DNA from: Candidatus Bathyarchaeota archaeon
GTDB taxonomy: Archaea > Thermoproteota > Bathyarchaeia > Bathyarchaeales > Bathycorpusculaceae
Assembly: GCA_963806535.1 (NCBI GenBank)
Contig: CAWDYC010000007.1
Span: 320,001-384,000 of the forward strand
DNA: 64,000 nt
Direction of reading: 5' to 3'
Below, piece by piece: positions 8,470-19,437 of the stretch (position 1 is its first letter; every line of letters begins with the position of its first letter). Under the pieces are notes generated by a model. The model was not told where the DNA came from. It made no database searches and was given only the letters and a program-made list of their open reading frames with translations. Both the position numbers and the translations under genes were made by a program.

Positions 8470-11229
8470 TTATGGTCGTTTTCTAAGCATTAAGACGCCA
8501 ATTATAACCATTACAATGATTATGGCGATTGCTGCACCGACAATGTATGTCATTAGGTCTGTTGTTGTTGCAACGTTTGCTTGAGCTGTAACGGTTGGTA
8601 CGGTTGCTACTGCAGCACTTGCGTAGAAGGCTGTTGAAGCCGATGATGGATAGTATGAGTTTGATCCAGCGAAGTTTGCGATGACTGTATAGTTGCCTGG
8701 AATATCCGGTGTCCAAGTTAGACTGTAGGTACCATAGATGTTGCTCGTGGTTGTGCCGATTTCTCTGAAATTGTTGTTGGAGTCAAGTACACTGATGGTA
8801 ACAGGAACACCCGTAGCATTAGTTGGCAGTGGCTGGTCTTGGTAGACGTATTCCATCCATTTGCTCTGGCTTGCGTCAGAAACACATGGAAGCCCATTGG
8901 GGAAGTTCTTCTCAACCTGAGACTGCTGTGAACCCGCAGAAACATCCGTAACAGTACCTGTGATGGTTATCGGTGTAGTGGTGGATACTCCAACGCTTGG
9001 CGCATTAACAGTTAGAGAGGTTGGACCCTTAGCGTAGGCATAGATTTGGTTGTCATATTGATTTAGCGTCACCAGGGTGTTGTATGCAATAGCTGAAGCC
9101 ATCACATCCTGACCCAATTCATTCCAGATCAACTGTCCATCTGTCAAGTTTAAAGCTATCATCTGTGCACCGTGGAACAGCGGCGGATCATACATGTGAC
9201 CAATTGTAAAGTATCCAACGTCTTTAGTGTAAACATTGTTGCACCATTGCCATATTGGCCAAATACCATAAGGCGATTCGATACCCGGGTTGCCGATGAG
9301 AGTTGTAGTATTTGTGTACCAGAGTTGCTTTCCTGTCGCTGGATTTATAGCCCATATGTCTCCGCCGAAACTGCTAATTATCAACTTACCGTTTGCTATT
9401 CCCGTAAAACTAGTGCCGCCTAAAGTACCGTATATGTTTGGCGTTCCGTCACCGTATGGAGTTTGAAGAGTTGCTGTCCACACTTTGGCGCCAGTTGTCA
9501 GATCGATAGCATCGCATTCCCAAGTGACATAGTCGACATAGATCATGAATCCGTCTATAGTATACGCTGTATATCTCGTAAATGGCGCCAAGGACTTATA
9601 TTCTGGGTAGGTAAAGTTCTTGCACATCACCATGTTGCCGGTGTCTTGATCCATGCTAGCTAAAACCATATATCCCGGTGATTGGTTCGACCCGTGAAGT
9701 TCGCCTGAATCCAAAATTATGACGTTTCCAGTGAGTTCATTGTTGCCGTAGCCTGTAAATGAGAGAGCGGGGCTTATGGGTACGCCTGAAATGTTTGTAG
9801 GTATTGGTTGTGCCCACATTAATGCAGTATCAAAGTCAACAGCGGTGTTCAGCGTTGGTGACCATCCCCAACCATTGCCAATTGCCTGCGTCATGTTGAA
9901 GCAGCACAAGACAGGAGTATTAATATTTACCACTTCTTTAAGCTGTGGTCCCGCAAATGCGCTAGATCCAGGTTCATAGATACTCTGGGTGCCGCCAACA
10001 GTGCTGTTAACGTAGTAGCCTATCAAGTTTCCATTTGCGTCAGATTTTAATGTCGGAGTTGCACCCATGGCCATAGGTATTGAACTGTTTACAACGCTAA
10101 GGACATACTTGCCAGTTGTAGCGGAAAATAGGTTGAATTGTACTCCAACGCTAACAATAGAGTTTCCACCGGTTTCGGATGCAGAAAGAGTACCAGTAGT
10201 CCAGAGGTAGGGACCAATTGCACCGTAAGAGTTAGCTGTTTTATATTGAGTAATCATGCCGCATAGCAACGTGGAAGTGGTGTTTATTATGAAGTCAGTT
10301 TGACCAGTGAATAGGTCAGTGCAAACAATGCCATTTGAGTAACCTGTGGTCTCCGGATACCATTGGGCATAAAGCTTGCCGTCCATTATCACTGGCGCAA
10401 ATTGTTCCCAGTATTGCCGAGTAGTCCAGTAACTGCCTGTCACTTCATTTCCTCCTGCATCACCGCCAACTACGCCACCCGGACCCCAAGGTTTCGTCCA
10501 GAGAACGTGACCAGACATTACTGAGTCGGTGAATGGATTGCAAGTGCTTGTGGCATTGTAAAGTCCACATTCTGTCCCGCCTGAAAGTGTTCCAGTCCCA
10601 AGCCATGGACCCATAATCTGGTACCATTCTTGCACGTTTTCCGCGCTAACGGGAGTCTCCCAATAGCTTGTTGGAAGTGGAGTTATAGGATATGCAGTTT
10701 GGGTTATCGGGTCCTGTTGTACTGTCAGTGTATAGGGTTTGCTTTCACTGGGTAGCATTTTAAGGTCTCCGTATCCCATGCCGAACATAGTCTGTGTTGT
10801 TGTTTGCCCACCATAGAAGAATTGGAATGTCCAGTTGCCAACTTTGTCTGGAGCAAAGTCGAAGTGTGAACCGCCGGATGGATCGCCTGCATAGGGACCC
10901 TTTGTTTGAGTATTGCCATTTGGATCCGTGATTTCAACTGTCATGTTCGTTGGTCCTTCGCCTGATTGAATTGCTGTTGCCAAGAAAAAGTTGACGTTGA
11001 CTGTTTGACCGACACCAATGGGGTTTGGAGCTACGTTAATGAGTGCATAAGTCGGAATTTGCGTTCCCGCCGCGAAGTATGTGTCACCATGTACCGAGGG
11101 TAAAATCATACTGCTGGCCATCAAGAATACGAGTAGTATTGCCGCGATTGCTGCGAATGCTTTTTTTGAAATTTTGGTTTTTTGTTTTGCAGAAATTTCA
11201 TCTCTAATTTTATTGAATTTATTTGACAT
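8470..11229 (-). CDS. Secreted PQQ-like beta-propeller repeat protein with C-terminal membrane anchor
   Basis: Signal-like N-terminus, APNPIGVGQ, repeated AIDLTTGAKVW/AINPATGKQLW blades, Ig-like C-terminal domain, TM followed by RKRP. Confidence 0.85.
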   Translation of the reverse strand: MSNKFNKIRDEISAKQKTKISKKAFAAIAAILLVFLMASSMILPSVHGDTYFAAGTQIPTYALINVAPNPIGVGQTVNVNFFLATAIQSGEGPTNMTVEITDPNGNTQTKGPYAGDPSGGSHFDFAPDKVGNWTFQFFYGGQTTTQTMFGMGYGDLKMLPSESKPYTLTVQQDPITQTAYPITPLPTSYWETPVSAENVQEWYQIMGPWLGTGTLSGGTECGLYNATSTCNPFTDSVMSGHVLWTKPWGPGGVVGGDAGGNEVTGSYWTTRQYWEQFAPVIMDGKLYAQWYPETTGYSNGIVCTDLFTGQTDFIINTTSTLLCGMITQYKTANSYGAIGPYLWTTGTLSASETGGNSIVSVGVQFNLFSATTGKYVLSVVNSSIPMAMGATPTLKSDANGNLIGYYVNSTVGGTQSIYEPGSSAFAGPQLKEVVNINTPVLCCFNMTQAIGNGWGWSPTLNTAVDFDTALMWAQPIPTNISGVPISPALSFTGYGNNELTGNVIILDSGELHGSNQSPGYMVLASMDQDTGNMVMCKNFTYPEYKSLAPFTRYTAYTIDGFMIYVDYVTWECDAIDLTTGAKVWTATLQTPYGDGTPNIYGTLGGTSFTGIANGKLIISSFGGDIWAINPATGKQLWYTNTTTLIGNPGIESPYGIWPIWQWCNNVYTKDVGYFTIGHMYDPPLFHGAQMIALNLTDGQLIWNELGQDVMASAIAYNTLVTLNQYDNQIYAYAKGPTSLTVNAPSVGVSTTTPITITGTVTDVSAGSQQSQVEKNFPNGLPCVSDASQSKWMEYVYQDQPLPTNATGVPVTISVLDSNNNFREIGTTTSNIYGTYSLTWTPDIPGNYTVIANFAGSNSYYPSSASTAFYASAAVATVPTVTAQANVATTTDLMTYIVGAAIAIIIVMVIIGVLMLRKRP

Positions 11230-11991
11230 TTTTTTCTTTCCTTAATTTTTAAACGGAAAGTAAAGCAAATGTTCACTTTTCGTGGGGAAAACATCCTTTA
11301 AAATAACTTTTAAAATATAGCAGTCAGACAGCCGACTACCAACCTTATTTACTGTAAAAGCTAACGCTTTAGCCATGAATAACATTCAGGAAATTGTTTA
11401 AAGCATTACTAAGATGGGCACAAAATTGATTGAAATCTGAAGAACACAATACTTGAAACAGTATCGTCCGATAACATTAGCAAAATGAATAAAATTATCA
11501 TAATCACATCCAAGATAATTAAACACACTTTCGCTATGAAGCGTAGTGCCTGCGCAGGTTAAATCAACATTTTGAACTAAGCTTTTTGCCACTAACAAAA
11601 GCCCTAAACGCCAACTTGGCTTATAAAAATTAATGAGATTATGATTTTCAAGATGTAGTTTAATATAAAATCAAGAGATTTATGTAATAAATGAAGTAAG
11701 GATCAGGATACTCAATTTCGGATGGATTGAAGCAGATTTAAGAAAATTCAAGTTGCCCTGTCAGTATATATTAACTTTTTAAGTTAAGACTAATTACTCT
11801 CATCGCTAAGCGATATTTCATATCCAAACCAATTGGTTTATATTAGGCTGATTTACAACATTTAAAAGTTAGTGTTTTTGAAATCACTTTACCTTTCTTT
11901 GCGCCTAAAATACTTATTAAGAAATATTTTTGATAATTACTTGATTTATTGAAAAAACTTAAAAGCAATTTGTATGAAATAATGCGGAGGG

Positions 11992-12783
11992 TTGAAAAAG
12001 ATGCAGTTTCAAGAGGAGCCAATTCACACGCTCGTCAACTTGGAACTCACAGTTTTGCAAGCAAAAGTCTACATTGCCCTAGCCAAATCAGGGACCTCAA
12101 CAGGAAGAACAACGGCAAAAGCAGCAAAAGTAGCTCCACAAGACGTTTACCGAGTACTCTCTGAGCTCCAAGAGAAAGGTCTTGTTGAAAAAATAATAAC
12201 CAAACCAACAATGTATAAAGCCACTCCAATTAATCTAGGCTTATCTATGCTACTTCAAAACAAAAAAAGAGAATACATAGAAACAGAAAAGCAAGTAAAA
12301 AAGATGTCTAATAATTTTTGTGAAAACAAAAACCAAAATATTCTGAACGAAAATGAACAATTTCTCATTACTTCGGAGTTTACTCTTCTTTCAAAAATGC
12401 ACGACAAATTGGCTGACGCGACCAAAAAAAGTATTGATTTCGTGTGTCTTATGGGACTTAGTGATAAAATTTTATTTGAAACTTTCAAGTACCTCAAGAG
12501 GGCGACAAGGAGAGGTATAAGAATTAGAGTTATCTCACCGAAAGTTATTGTAGACACAATTGCCGAGAATCCAAAGCCTTTTTTGAAAAATTCTGTCTTT
12601 GAACACAGATATTTTAATGATAAAACTGTTCCGTTTGGAATGCATATATTTGATAAACAAGAAGTGACTCTAATGGTATCCGAAAAAAAGCCTATGCCTA
12701 GCTTATCGACCAAAAATGTTAATGTGCTAAAATTAGCAGAAGTTTATTTTGAAACGGCATGGGATAATGCTCAAACAAATTAA
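11992..12783 (+). CDS. TrmB family transcriptional regulator
   Basis: LTVLQAKVYIAL...VYRVLSELQEKGLVE HTH and a PLD-like effector domain (IFDKQEV). Confidence 0.85.
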   Translation: MKKMQFQEEPIHTLVNLELTVLQAKVYIALAKSGTSTGRTTAKAAKVAPQDVYRVLSELQEKGLVEKIITKPTMYKATPINLGLSMLLQNKKREYIETEKQVKKMSNNFCENKNQNILNENEQFLITSEFTLLSKMHDKLADATKKSIDFVCLMGLSDKILFETFKYLKRATRRGIRIRVISPKVIVDTIAENPKPFLKNSVFEHRYFNDKTVPFGMHIFDKQEVTLMVSEKKPMPSLSTKNVNVLKLAEVYFETAWDNAQTN

Positions 12784-13059
12784 GAACAGTTATTAACACA
12801 CTCTCAGCCTTGAAAGATATTTTTAGTAACAGCGCTAAATATTTTGCTTGTCAATTTTGCACACGCTGAAAAATGCCAAATTAAATTCAAGTGAAAAGTA
12901 TGTTAATTGAAAAGAAAGATACACTTTTACTGTACCCTCCTCTGCTTCAAACAGTCGTTTCTATGGATGATATAAAAGCTCAAACTTACCAATTTGATCC
13001 CTTCACTCAGAAATACAATCAATTACAACCATAATCAAGTTTAAGAAAATGGAAATCAG

Positions 13060-13383
13060 ATGGCCAAGGAATCATTTATGTCAGAAAATCAAGAAAATGA
13101 TGAAGATCTCATAAAAACCGAAAGGGAAATAATGGCAAACCTAAAGCAAATGTTCAATGATCAAGCACTTTCAACTATGGAAAAAGTTCGTGTTGCTAAT
13201 GCTCTTGCTTATCACGCTGTTATTCTAAATAAACTCCAATCCAAGAAAAATGAAGAATCACAATTTGATGAAGATACTTTAGGCGATTTTATTGCAGGAG
13301 TACATTATGCCAATGGACCGATGCGGAGACGGATTAGGAGGGATTTTAGAAATTGGACGAGAAGACTTTCATCGACAAGGTAA
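13060..13383 (+). CDS. Small helical protein, candidate terminase small subunit
   Basis: Overlaps the 5' end of the terminase gene; assignment is positional only. Confidence 0.45.
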   Translation: MAKESFMSENQENDEDLIKTEREIMANLKQMFNDQALSTMEKVRVANALAYHAVILNKLQSKKNEESQFDEDTLGDFIAGVHYANGPMRRRIRRDFRNWTRRLSSTR

Positions 13384-14825
13384 CAAACGATATAGAGTTT
13401 GCAGCTTCGGTATGCGAGGGTTTGTTACAGAAGCCTAAAGCCCTTAGACAATTGATAGCTCATAAAGAAGTAACTGAGAAACTTGTTCAGGATCCTGTTT
13501 TTTTCGCGGTTTTGATGTGTGGTGATAAATGGCTTGCTCATGCACCGGAGCATCAAAAGCTTCTTCGAGAAAATAGTTCGAAGCAGGTTGCGGTTTGTGG
13601 GAGAGGATGGGGTAAGAGTTTGGTATTTAGCAGAAAAAATCTCTGGTTGCTATTCACCAAACCCAAAATTGAGAGTCTAATCATTAGCAGCACCCAACGT
13701 CAGTCGATGATCATGTTTGATTATTGTTTCTCGACCACTATGGCTAATCCTTTATTGAGAGAGATGATTCAAAAGCGAGGAACCTCGCGCACTGTAATAA
13801 TGGTAAAATCACCGTTAGGTGGAAGACTCATTGCCTTACCATGTTCAAAAGACAGGCTTAGAGGATATCATCCTAATTACATTTTCATTGATGAGGCATC
13901 AATTGTTCCGAGCGAAATGATAACAAGCGAAATAATGATGATGCTAACAAAACCCAATGCTTGCCTTGTTATGAGTGGTACACCAATGAGCTCGGATCAT
14001 GTTTTTCGCAAAGCCTTTTTGGATACACAACGTTACAGCGTCCATCATTACGCAAGCTATCAAAGTCCTCTTGTCAGCCAGAAAGAACTTGATGAATGGA
14101 AAGAGGTAATGACGCAGGAAGAATGGCAAAGAGAAGTTGAAGGCTTATGGGTAGAATCGACACACACTTTCTTCCCAATTAACCTGATTGTCTCTTGCGT
14201 AGATGCCGATTTAGGGAACCCTGACTCGCCTAACGCCTACATCGAAGAGATAGAAAATACGAAACCGGGACAACTTGAGGGACCATATTATGCAGGGTTA
14301 GATTTAGGCAAACAAATTGATTACAGCGTATTAGTTGTTGTGAAAAGATTTGATACGGGCGAGATACGAGTGGTGCACAAACGCCAGCTTCCACTAGGCA
14401 CTAATTATCCAGAAGTCATCGGATACGTCGCTAGGGCAAACCAAGTGTTCCACTTCGAAAGATTAAGTGTGGATAAGGGTGGGATAGGCGATGCGATCGT
14501 TGATGAGCTTGACAGAATTAGAATGTTTGGCGTTGAAGGGGTATTCTTTACTGATACAGAAAAAGAAAACATGTTAAACAACCTTAAGCTTCTGATGGAA
14601 AAGAAATTGCTTAGAATAATTGGGGATGACAAGGCGTTGATTGCGCAGATGAATGAGCAACAGTATGAGTATTTGCAGCCTAAAACGGCTCAAGAGCGAA
14701 TTCACTTAAAGTTTTGGCATCCGCAGGGGAAACATGATGATCAGTTGATGGCTTTGGCGTTAGCTTGCCGATCAGCTTCTCAAGCAGCACCACCGGGCAG
14801 AGGCGTCTTTTTTATTCAACACTAA
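13353..14825 (+). CDS. terL: Terminase large subunit (ATPase plus RNase H-like nuclease)
   Basis: Walker A CGRGWGKS, Walker B IFIDEA, SGTP coupling motif, GLDLG, DKGGIGD, KHDDQLMALALA. Confidence 0.9.
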   Translation: MDEKTFIDKVTNDIEFAASVCEGLLQKPKALRQLIAHKEVTEKLVQDPVFFAVLMCGDKWLAHAPEHQKLLRENSSKQVAVCGRGWGKSLVFSRKNLWLLFTKPKIESLIISSTQRQSMIMFDYCFSTTMANPLLREMIQKRGTSRTVIMVKSPLGGRLIALPCSKDRLRGYHPNYIFIDEASIVPSEMITSEIMMMLTKPNACLVMSGTPMSSDHVFRKAFLDTQRYSVHHYASYQSPLVSQKELDEWKEVMTQEEWQREVEGLWVESTHTFFPINLIVSCVDADLGNPDSPNAYIEEIENTKPGQLEGPYYAGLDLGKQIDYSVLVVVKRFDTGEIRVVHKRQLPLGTNYPEVIGYVARANQVFHFERLSVDKGGIGDAIVDELDRIRMFGVEGVFFTDTEKENMLNNLKLLMEKKLLRIIGDDKALIAQMNEQQYEYLQPKTAQERIHLKFWHPQGKHDDQLMALALACRSASQAAPPGRGVFFIQH

Positions 14826-14899
14826 AATTTTCTCGAACCTGCTCACTTTCAAGTTAGATTTCTTGTCCCTAAGAAAAGCGGTTTAAGGGTTAGGTTGAT

Positions 14900-15664
14900 T
14901 TGTTGCGCGGCTATTCTCTCTTATTGATGACGAAACGTAAGTTTGATTTAACCTACTCAGCAGAAAAAATCTGGAACAAAGATTTGTTTATATTTGTAAA
15001 TCATAAAGTGGCAACTCTTTGCTGGGCCATTTTAAAAGTAAAGACGGAACTCTGCGATGTTATAACTTTTGATAGTCATCGAGATTACCGCGACGGAGTA
15101 ATTCTTCAGAGAGAAGCAACAATGGAATCACTAACGTTACCTTTGGAAAAGCGATGTTTGTCTTCGATGTATTACCAAGATGTTGCTTTCCCTCATTTCA
15201 CAACTTCCAAAGAATTCATGAATTGGAACCCGCTTGATGAACAGCAAAACAATGAGAGAATTGCGAAGGAACAAAAATACTTCAGCCCAAATAATGATAA
15301 TTTCATAGATGTAGCTTTTATGAAAGGCTTGGTCAACAACGTTTGTTGCTATTACCTCCACACGAGAAACCAAACAGACTCCGGAAAATGCGATGATGTT
15401 TTTGGGAAAAACCATTTCTTTGAAATGAGACATATCGACAATTTCAGAAAACCCAAACGCAATAGAAAATTTATTCTTGATATTGACCTGGACTTCTTCG
15501 CAAACTTTGACTATGAATCGGACCATCCAGAATTCGTTATTATTCCAAAATCTGATCTGAACAAATACTTCAGTTTAATGAAATCTTTAGGTCAACAAGA
15601 AAATTGTGCAGGCATAACCTTGGCGCTGGAACCTGATTGCTACGGTTCAGAAGAAAACGCTTGA
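14900..15664 (+). CDS. UPF0489-like (arginase/deacetylase-fold) protein
   Basis: NH...W, FDSHRD, DNFI, ILDIDLDFF, ITLALEP motifs. Confidence 0.65.
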   Translation: MLRGYSLLLMTKRKFDLTYSAEKIWNKDLFIFVNHKVATLCWAILKVKTELCDVITFDSHRDYRDGVILQREATMESLTLPLEKRCLSSMYYQDVAFPHFTTSKEFMNWNPLDEQQNNERIAKEQKYFSPNNDNFIDVAFMKGLVNNVCCYYLHTRNQTDSGKCDDVFGKNHFFEMRHIDNFRKPKRNRKFILDIDLDFFANFDYESDHPEFVIIPKSDLNKYFSLMKSLGQQENCAGITLALEPDCYGSEENA

Positions 15665-15794
15665 CAGTATGCAAGTATTTTTCAGAAGTCTCCGACAAAG
15701 ACATCATGTCTGTTTCTAGACATCACCTAACAGTAAATCATCAGATGCACTATGAAAATGGCAGCTAATTTGGTTCGTTTCTCTGCGATTTGTT

Positions 15795-16142
15795 CTAAGG
15801 TTTATTTTTCAAAGTTTCTTCTATATCCAGCCGTAGATCGGCATTACCTATGTGAGGCAAGAGTTGCAGTAGGCGGCCTCGTGTGCTTGTCTCTTTTTGG
15901 TCGCCAAGGTTAACCCAGTACCGTCCTTCTTTTAGCCATGTTAACATGACCCGGGCTTCAGCCTCGGCGTTTTCCGTTTTAACTGCTGATGGAAAAACAA
16001 GTCCATAATCTACGGCGGCAGTCATAAATTTTTCAAAGGCTGCGGTAAGGGTGTAGCCGTTTTTTGATGCTAATTGTTGGAAATTACTGTATATTTGTTG
16101 GTTGAACCTGAAAGATTTAAGAGTTTTTGGCATAACCTTCAC
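15795..16142 (-). CDS. Ribbon-helix-helix-like DNA-binding protein
   Basis: N-terminal KSFRFNQQIYSNFQQLASKNGYTLTAAFEKFM fits an RHH pattern. Confidence 0.6.
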   Translation of the reverse strand: MKVMPKTLKSFRFNQQIYSNFQQLASKNGYTLTAAFEKFMTAAVDYGLVFPSAVKTENAEAEARVMLTWLKEGRYWVNLGDQKETSTRGRLLQLLPHIGNADLRLDIEETLKNKP

Positions 16143-16156
16143 TTTGTATATACAAA
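16143..16156. promoter_or_regulatory. Perfect 14-bp palindrome, candidate autoregulatory operator
   Basis: TTTGTATATACAAA directly abuts the RHH start codon. Confidence 0.5.
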
Positions 16157-16285
16157 TGTACTGACAAAACGTATATATTTTTACCTATCGGTAGGTAGTG
16201 AAAAAAAATTTAAAAAATCCGTATACAAAAGCATCAACAAAACACAGAAATTCTAGTAAAACTGGATCTGCAATTATCTTCATTC

Positions 16286-17548
16286 TTAGGGTTGAAGATC
16301 GGAAAGTCTAATCGATAGAAAGGGAATAATCATTTCTTCGCTTGTCATGCCGCCATGAGTTCCTAGCATTGGATGATATCTATCATCTTCAAAAAAAGGA
16401 TAATTCAATGCGTTGTCCTTGAGGCCTAAAGCTGTGAAATCTCCAATCTTTTCTATAAGCCCGTCGGAATTTGTCGTCTTCCCGAAAACACCCTTATTGA
16501 TTAGTTCGCTGGAAGAGAAAAGCTTGAAGCCTGCAATATTTTTTCGGAAAGCTTCGGCTAACGCATCTTGTTGGTTGGGCTTTGAGAAAAGAAATGCTGA
16601 TCTACTATCACCAACTGGCGGGAGCATTAGTCGAGAAAACACTTCATGAACATCTTTAAGATAGATTGTTTTCTGTGTTTCTGCTACTCCATGATCAGCT
16701 GTCAAGAGCATCAGGGTTTCTTTTTTTGTTTTCTCAGAGAGGTTACTGATGAAGTTCTTCAGATTATGCTCGATTGATGTTAATTCAAATGTTACTTCAT
16801 CTGAGTATGGTCCATATCTGTGAGATAGAGTGTCAACGCCGCTGTAGTAGATGATTAGTAGAGTTGGACCTTGCTTTTCGAGTTCTCTGGCTGATTGCGT
16901 GAACATGTCAGAGCTCAGCGAGTAAGGTATTAACTTTAGATCTTTATGTATAATCTGGGACAAGCCGCTTCCAGCAATGGATGCTCGAGTCGTAACTAAC
17001 GTTTTTACTCCCTGTTGCTCTAAAATAGGCAGCCAAGGCTTAACGGTACTAGAAAAATCTTTAGCCAACTCAACTTGTCCGCTGTACCCGTAAACTGGCT
17101 TCATGTCCAAAGTATCAAAAACCAAACCATATTTTTTAGAAAACATGTGGTAGCCTAGGATTTGATGTTGAGCAGGTGATAGTGTGGTGAATATGCTTGT
17201 TAAAACAGTTGAGGTTGTTGCGGGAAAAACTGTGGTTAAAGGTTTAAGCGACCCTTTTTCAGCCAACTCTATGAAAGTTCCATTGTGGCTTTCTAGATGA
17301 TGCAATAAGCGATTGTATCCTATTCCATCGAAAATAAACAAAACAACTTTGTCAACGTTTTGGGAATTGCCAAAATACTCCTGTGGAAAACTGGGTGAGC
17401 CAAAAGAGTCTACACCAAGAATTGAGCCAATTTGAGGCAAAACATTCTTGACACTAAGCTTTTGGTAGTCTGGCAGAACAAAATCTTCAGCAAAAGCCAT
17501 TTGCTTTGAAAGAGTCTGCATGTGCTCCCTAAAAACGTCAGTTCTCAT
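16286..17548 (-). CDS. Alkaline phosphatase superfamily / type I phosphodiesterase-nucleotide pyrophosphatase
   Basis: FDGIG, TVFPATT, VDTLSHRYGP, TADHG, GTHGG. Confidence 0.9.
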   Translation of the reverse strand: MRTDVFREHMQTLSKQMAFAEDFVLPDYQKLSVKNVLPQIGSILGVDSFGSPSFPQEYFGNSQNVDKVVLFIFDGIGYNRLLHHLESHNGTFIELAEKGSLKPLTTVFPATTSTVLTSIFTTLSPAQHQILGYHMFSKKYGLVFDTLDMKPVYGYSGQVELAKDFSSTVKPWLPILEQQGVKTLVTTRASIAGSGLSQIIHKDLKLIPYSLSSDMFTQSARELEKQGPTLLIIYYSGVDTLSHRYGPYSDEVTFELTSIEHNLKNFISNLSEKTKKETLMLLTADHGVAETQKTIYLKDVHEVFSRLMLPPVGDSRSAFLFSKPNQQDALAEAFRKNIAGFKLFSSSELINKGVFGKTTNSDGLIEKIGDFTALGLKDNALNYPFFEDDRYHPMLGTHGGMTSEEMIIPFLSIRLSDLQP

Positions 17549-17644
17549 TATGCTCTGTGAAATATTAATTCAGTTAAGAGATATTAACTTTGAACTCTAC
17601 AAATTGATCCTCGGAAAGATTTTACAATTTTGAAAAGGAACAGA

Positions 17645-18449
17645 TTATCCTATCTGAAAGGCTCGCATGGAAACTGAGCCGTTTTGAAAGCCTTCATGGA
17701 TAAATTTCAAGGATCTCTCCTTTTTTTTGAAGCCCAATTGCGTAAATCATTGGTAGATAATGATCCGAGGTGGGCACGGCATAAAGTGCCTCTTTTCCTA
17801 ACTCAAGGTAGTTGATAAGGTCTTTGTGATTTCCTGAAACCAGCATTGTTTCACTTTCTCGTCAAATTTCACAGCCCAATCGAACGGTTTAGCGTCAACG
17901 TCAAAATCAATAAGCCCCAGGTTGTGAACGATGTTTCCGCTTCCGATAATCAGAACGCCTTTCTCTCTTAGAGGTGCAAGCTCTGAAGCTAACTTGTAAT
18001 GGAACTCTAATGATTTTAGGTTTCCAATTGTTGTAGGGCGAGTAGTCTAGACTCATCTCAAAAACTGGAACGTCAGCGGCTGGATACATATGTTTCAAGA
18101 CAGCCCAAGCAGCATGATCTAACCCCCAGTTTCCGCATTTTATCTGTGTCGACTTTGCCGTTTTGATTGCTAACTGAGCATTTTCTGGTGAGCCAGGACT
18201 TGGATAACTCATTTTGTATAATTCGTCTGGAAAACCGTAGAAGTCGTAGATTGTTTTTGGTTTTTCAACGCATGTTACGTATGTGCCGTTTGTCAACCAA
18301 TGAGCCGATACTACAAGTATTGCTTTGGGCTTAGGCAGCTCTTTAGCGGCTTTAACGAGGCTTTCGGTATAGCTGTTATGAAGAACTATGTTCATTGGCG
18401 AACCATGACCAACGAAGAGAACAGGCATAATCTTGGACGAAGTTGTCAT
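17645..18449 (-). CDS. ygiD: 4,5-DOPA extradiol dioxygenase (LigB/YgiD family), frameshifted near 18010
   Basis: FVGHGSPMN, VSAHW, IYDFYGFP, GLDHAAW; continuation GSGNIVHNLG...DHYLP...SVSMR in other frames. Confidence 0.85.
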
Positions 18450-18584
18450 TCACATCGACCTCACTTTAATCTCAAAAATGTATTGTCGTCGTCAATGTTA
18501 AAGAGTTTGTACATTGTCACAAGGGGCAGCCAAAAAAACATTAAAAGCTTAATATAGATTAAGTTCACGCTATTTTACTGAGAG

Positions 18585-19437
18585 TTGGAATTATTGTTCA
18601 AAAGCGTGGGAATAATCGCCCGCTACGATAAAAAACCTGCTTTAAAGCTTACAGAAGAGCTAGCGGAGTATCTTACAAAGAAAGGATTGAAAGTTTACAT
18701 CGAAGATACTCTAGCAGGAAAAATCTGCCACCCAAGAAGAAATGATTCCTCTCTCAAAAATGAAAACTGACTTCTTAATAACAATCGGCGGCGACGGAAC
18801 AATTCTACGAACATGCATAGGCCTAGCTAAGCCTGAACCGCCAATTTTAGCAATAAACATGGGACTCCGAGGATTCCTAACCGAAGCTGAACCCAAAAAC
18901 GCTTTTGAAGCTGTAGATAAAATTCTCAAAGGCAACTACAAAATAGAAAAATGCGCAAAACTGTCGGTAATAGCAGGCGAAGAAACATTACCTGATGCCT
19001 TAAATGATGTAGTGATTTCTGCAGGTGAACCATCAAAAATACTTTACACTCAAATATGCAAAGATGGCAAACCGATTCTCAATTGCCAAGCAGACGGCTT
19101 AATTGTAGCAACAGAAACAGGTTCTACCGGCTATTCTTTTTCAGCAGGTGGACCAGTTTTAGACCCAGCGGTTAGGCGCTTTCGTGGTTACCCCTATCTG
19201 CTCGTTAACAGTTTTCCATTCACTTGTTTTCCCAGCCAACTCCACTATCACTTTCAATGTGAGTCAAAGCAGAGGAAATTCTTGTTCTCATTGATGGAAA
19301 GTACCGTAAACAGATAAACTGTAAAGAACCAACCTTAGAAGGTCACGGTATCCAAAAATGTAACATCTTTCATACGGTTTGAAACTGACTTTTACGACCG
19401 ATTGAAAAGTCGGTTACTTTTTAAGGGAACGGAATGA
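18585..19437 (+). CDS. nadK: NAD kinase (several frameshifts)
   Basis: GGDGTILR, GFLTE, LND, DGLIVATETGSTGYSFSAGGP; split over ORFs 18585 and 18742 and a C-terminal frame ending at 19437. Confidence 0.9.

Noticed and set aside
11992-16142. Complete provirus
   Set aside because: No capsid, portal, tail or integrase genes and no convincing flanking att pair (CTAGTAAAAC at 16253 alone is too short)
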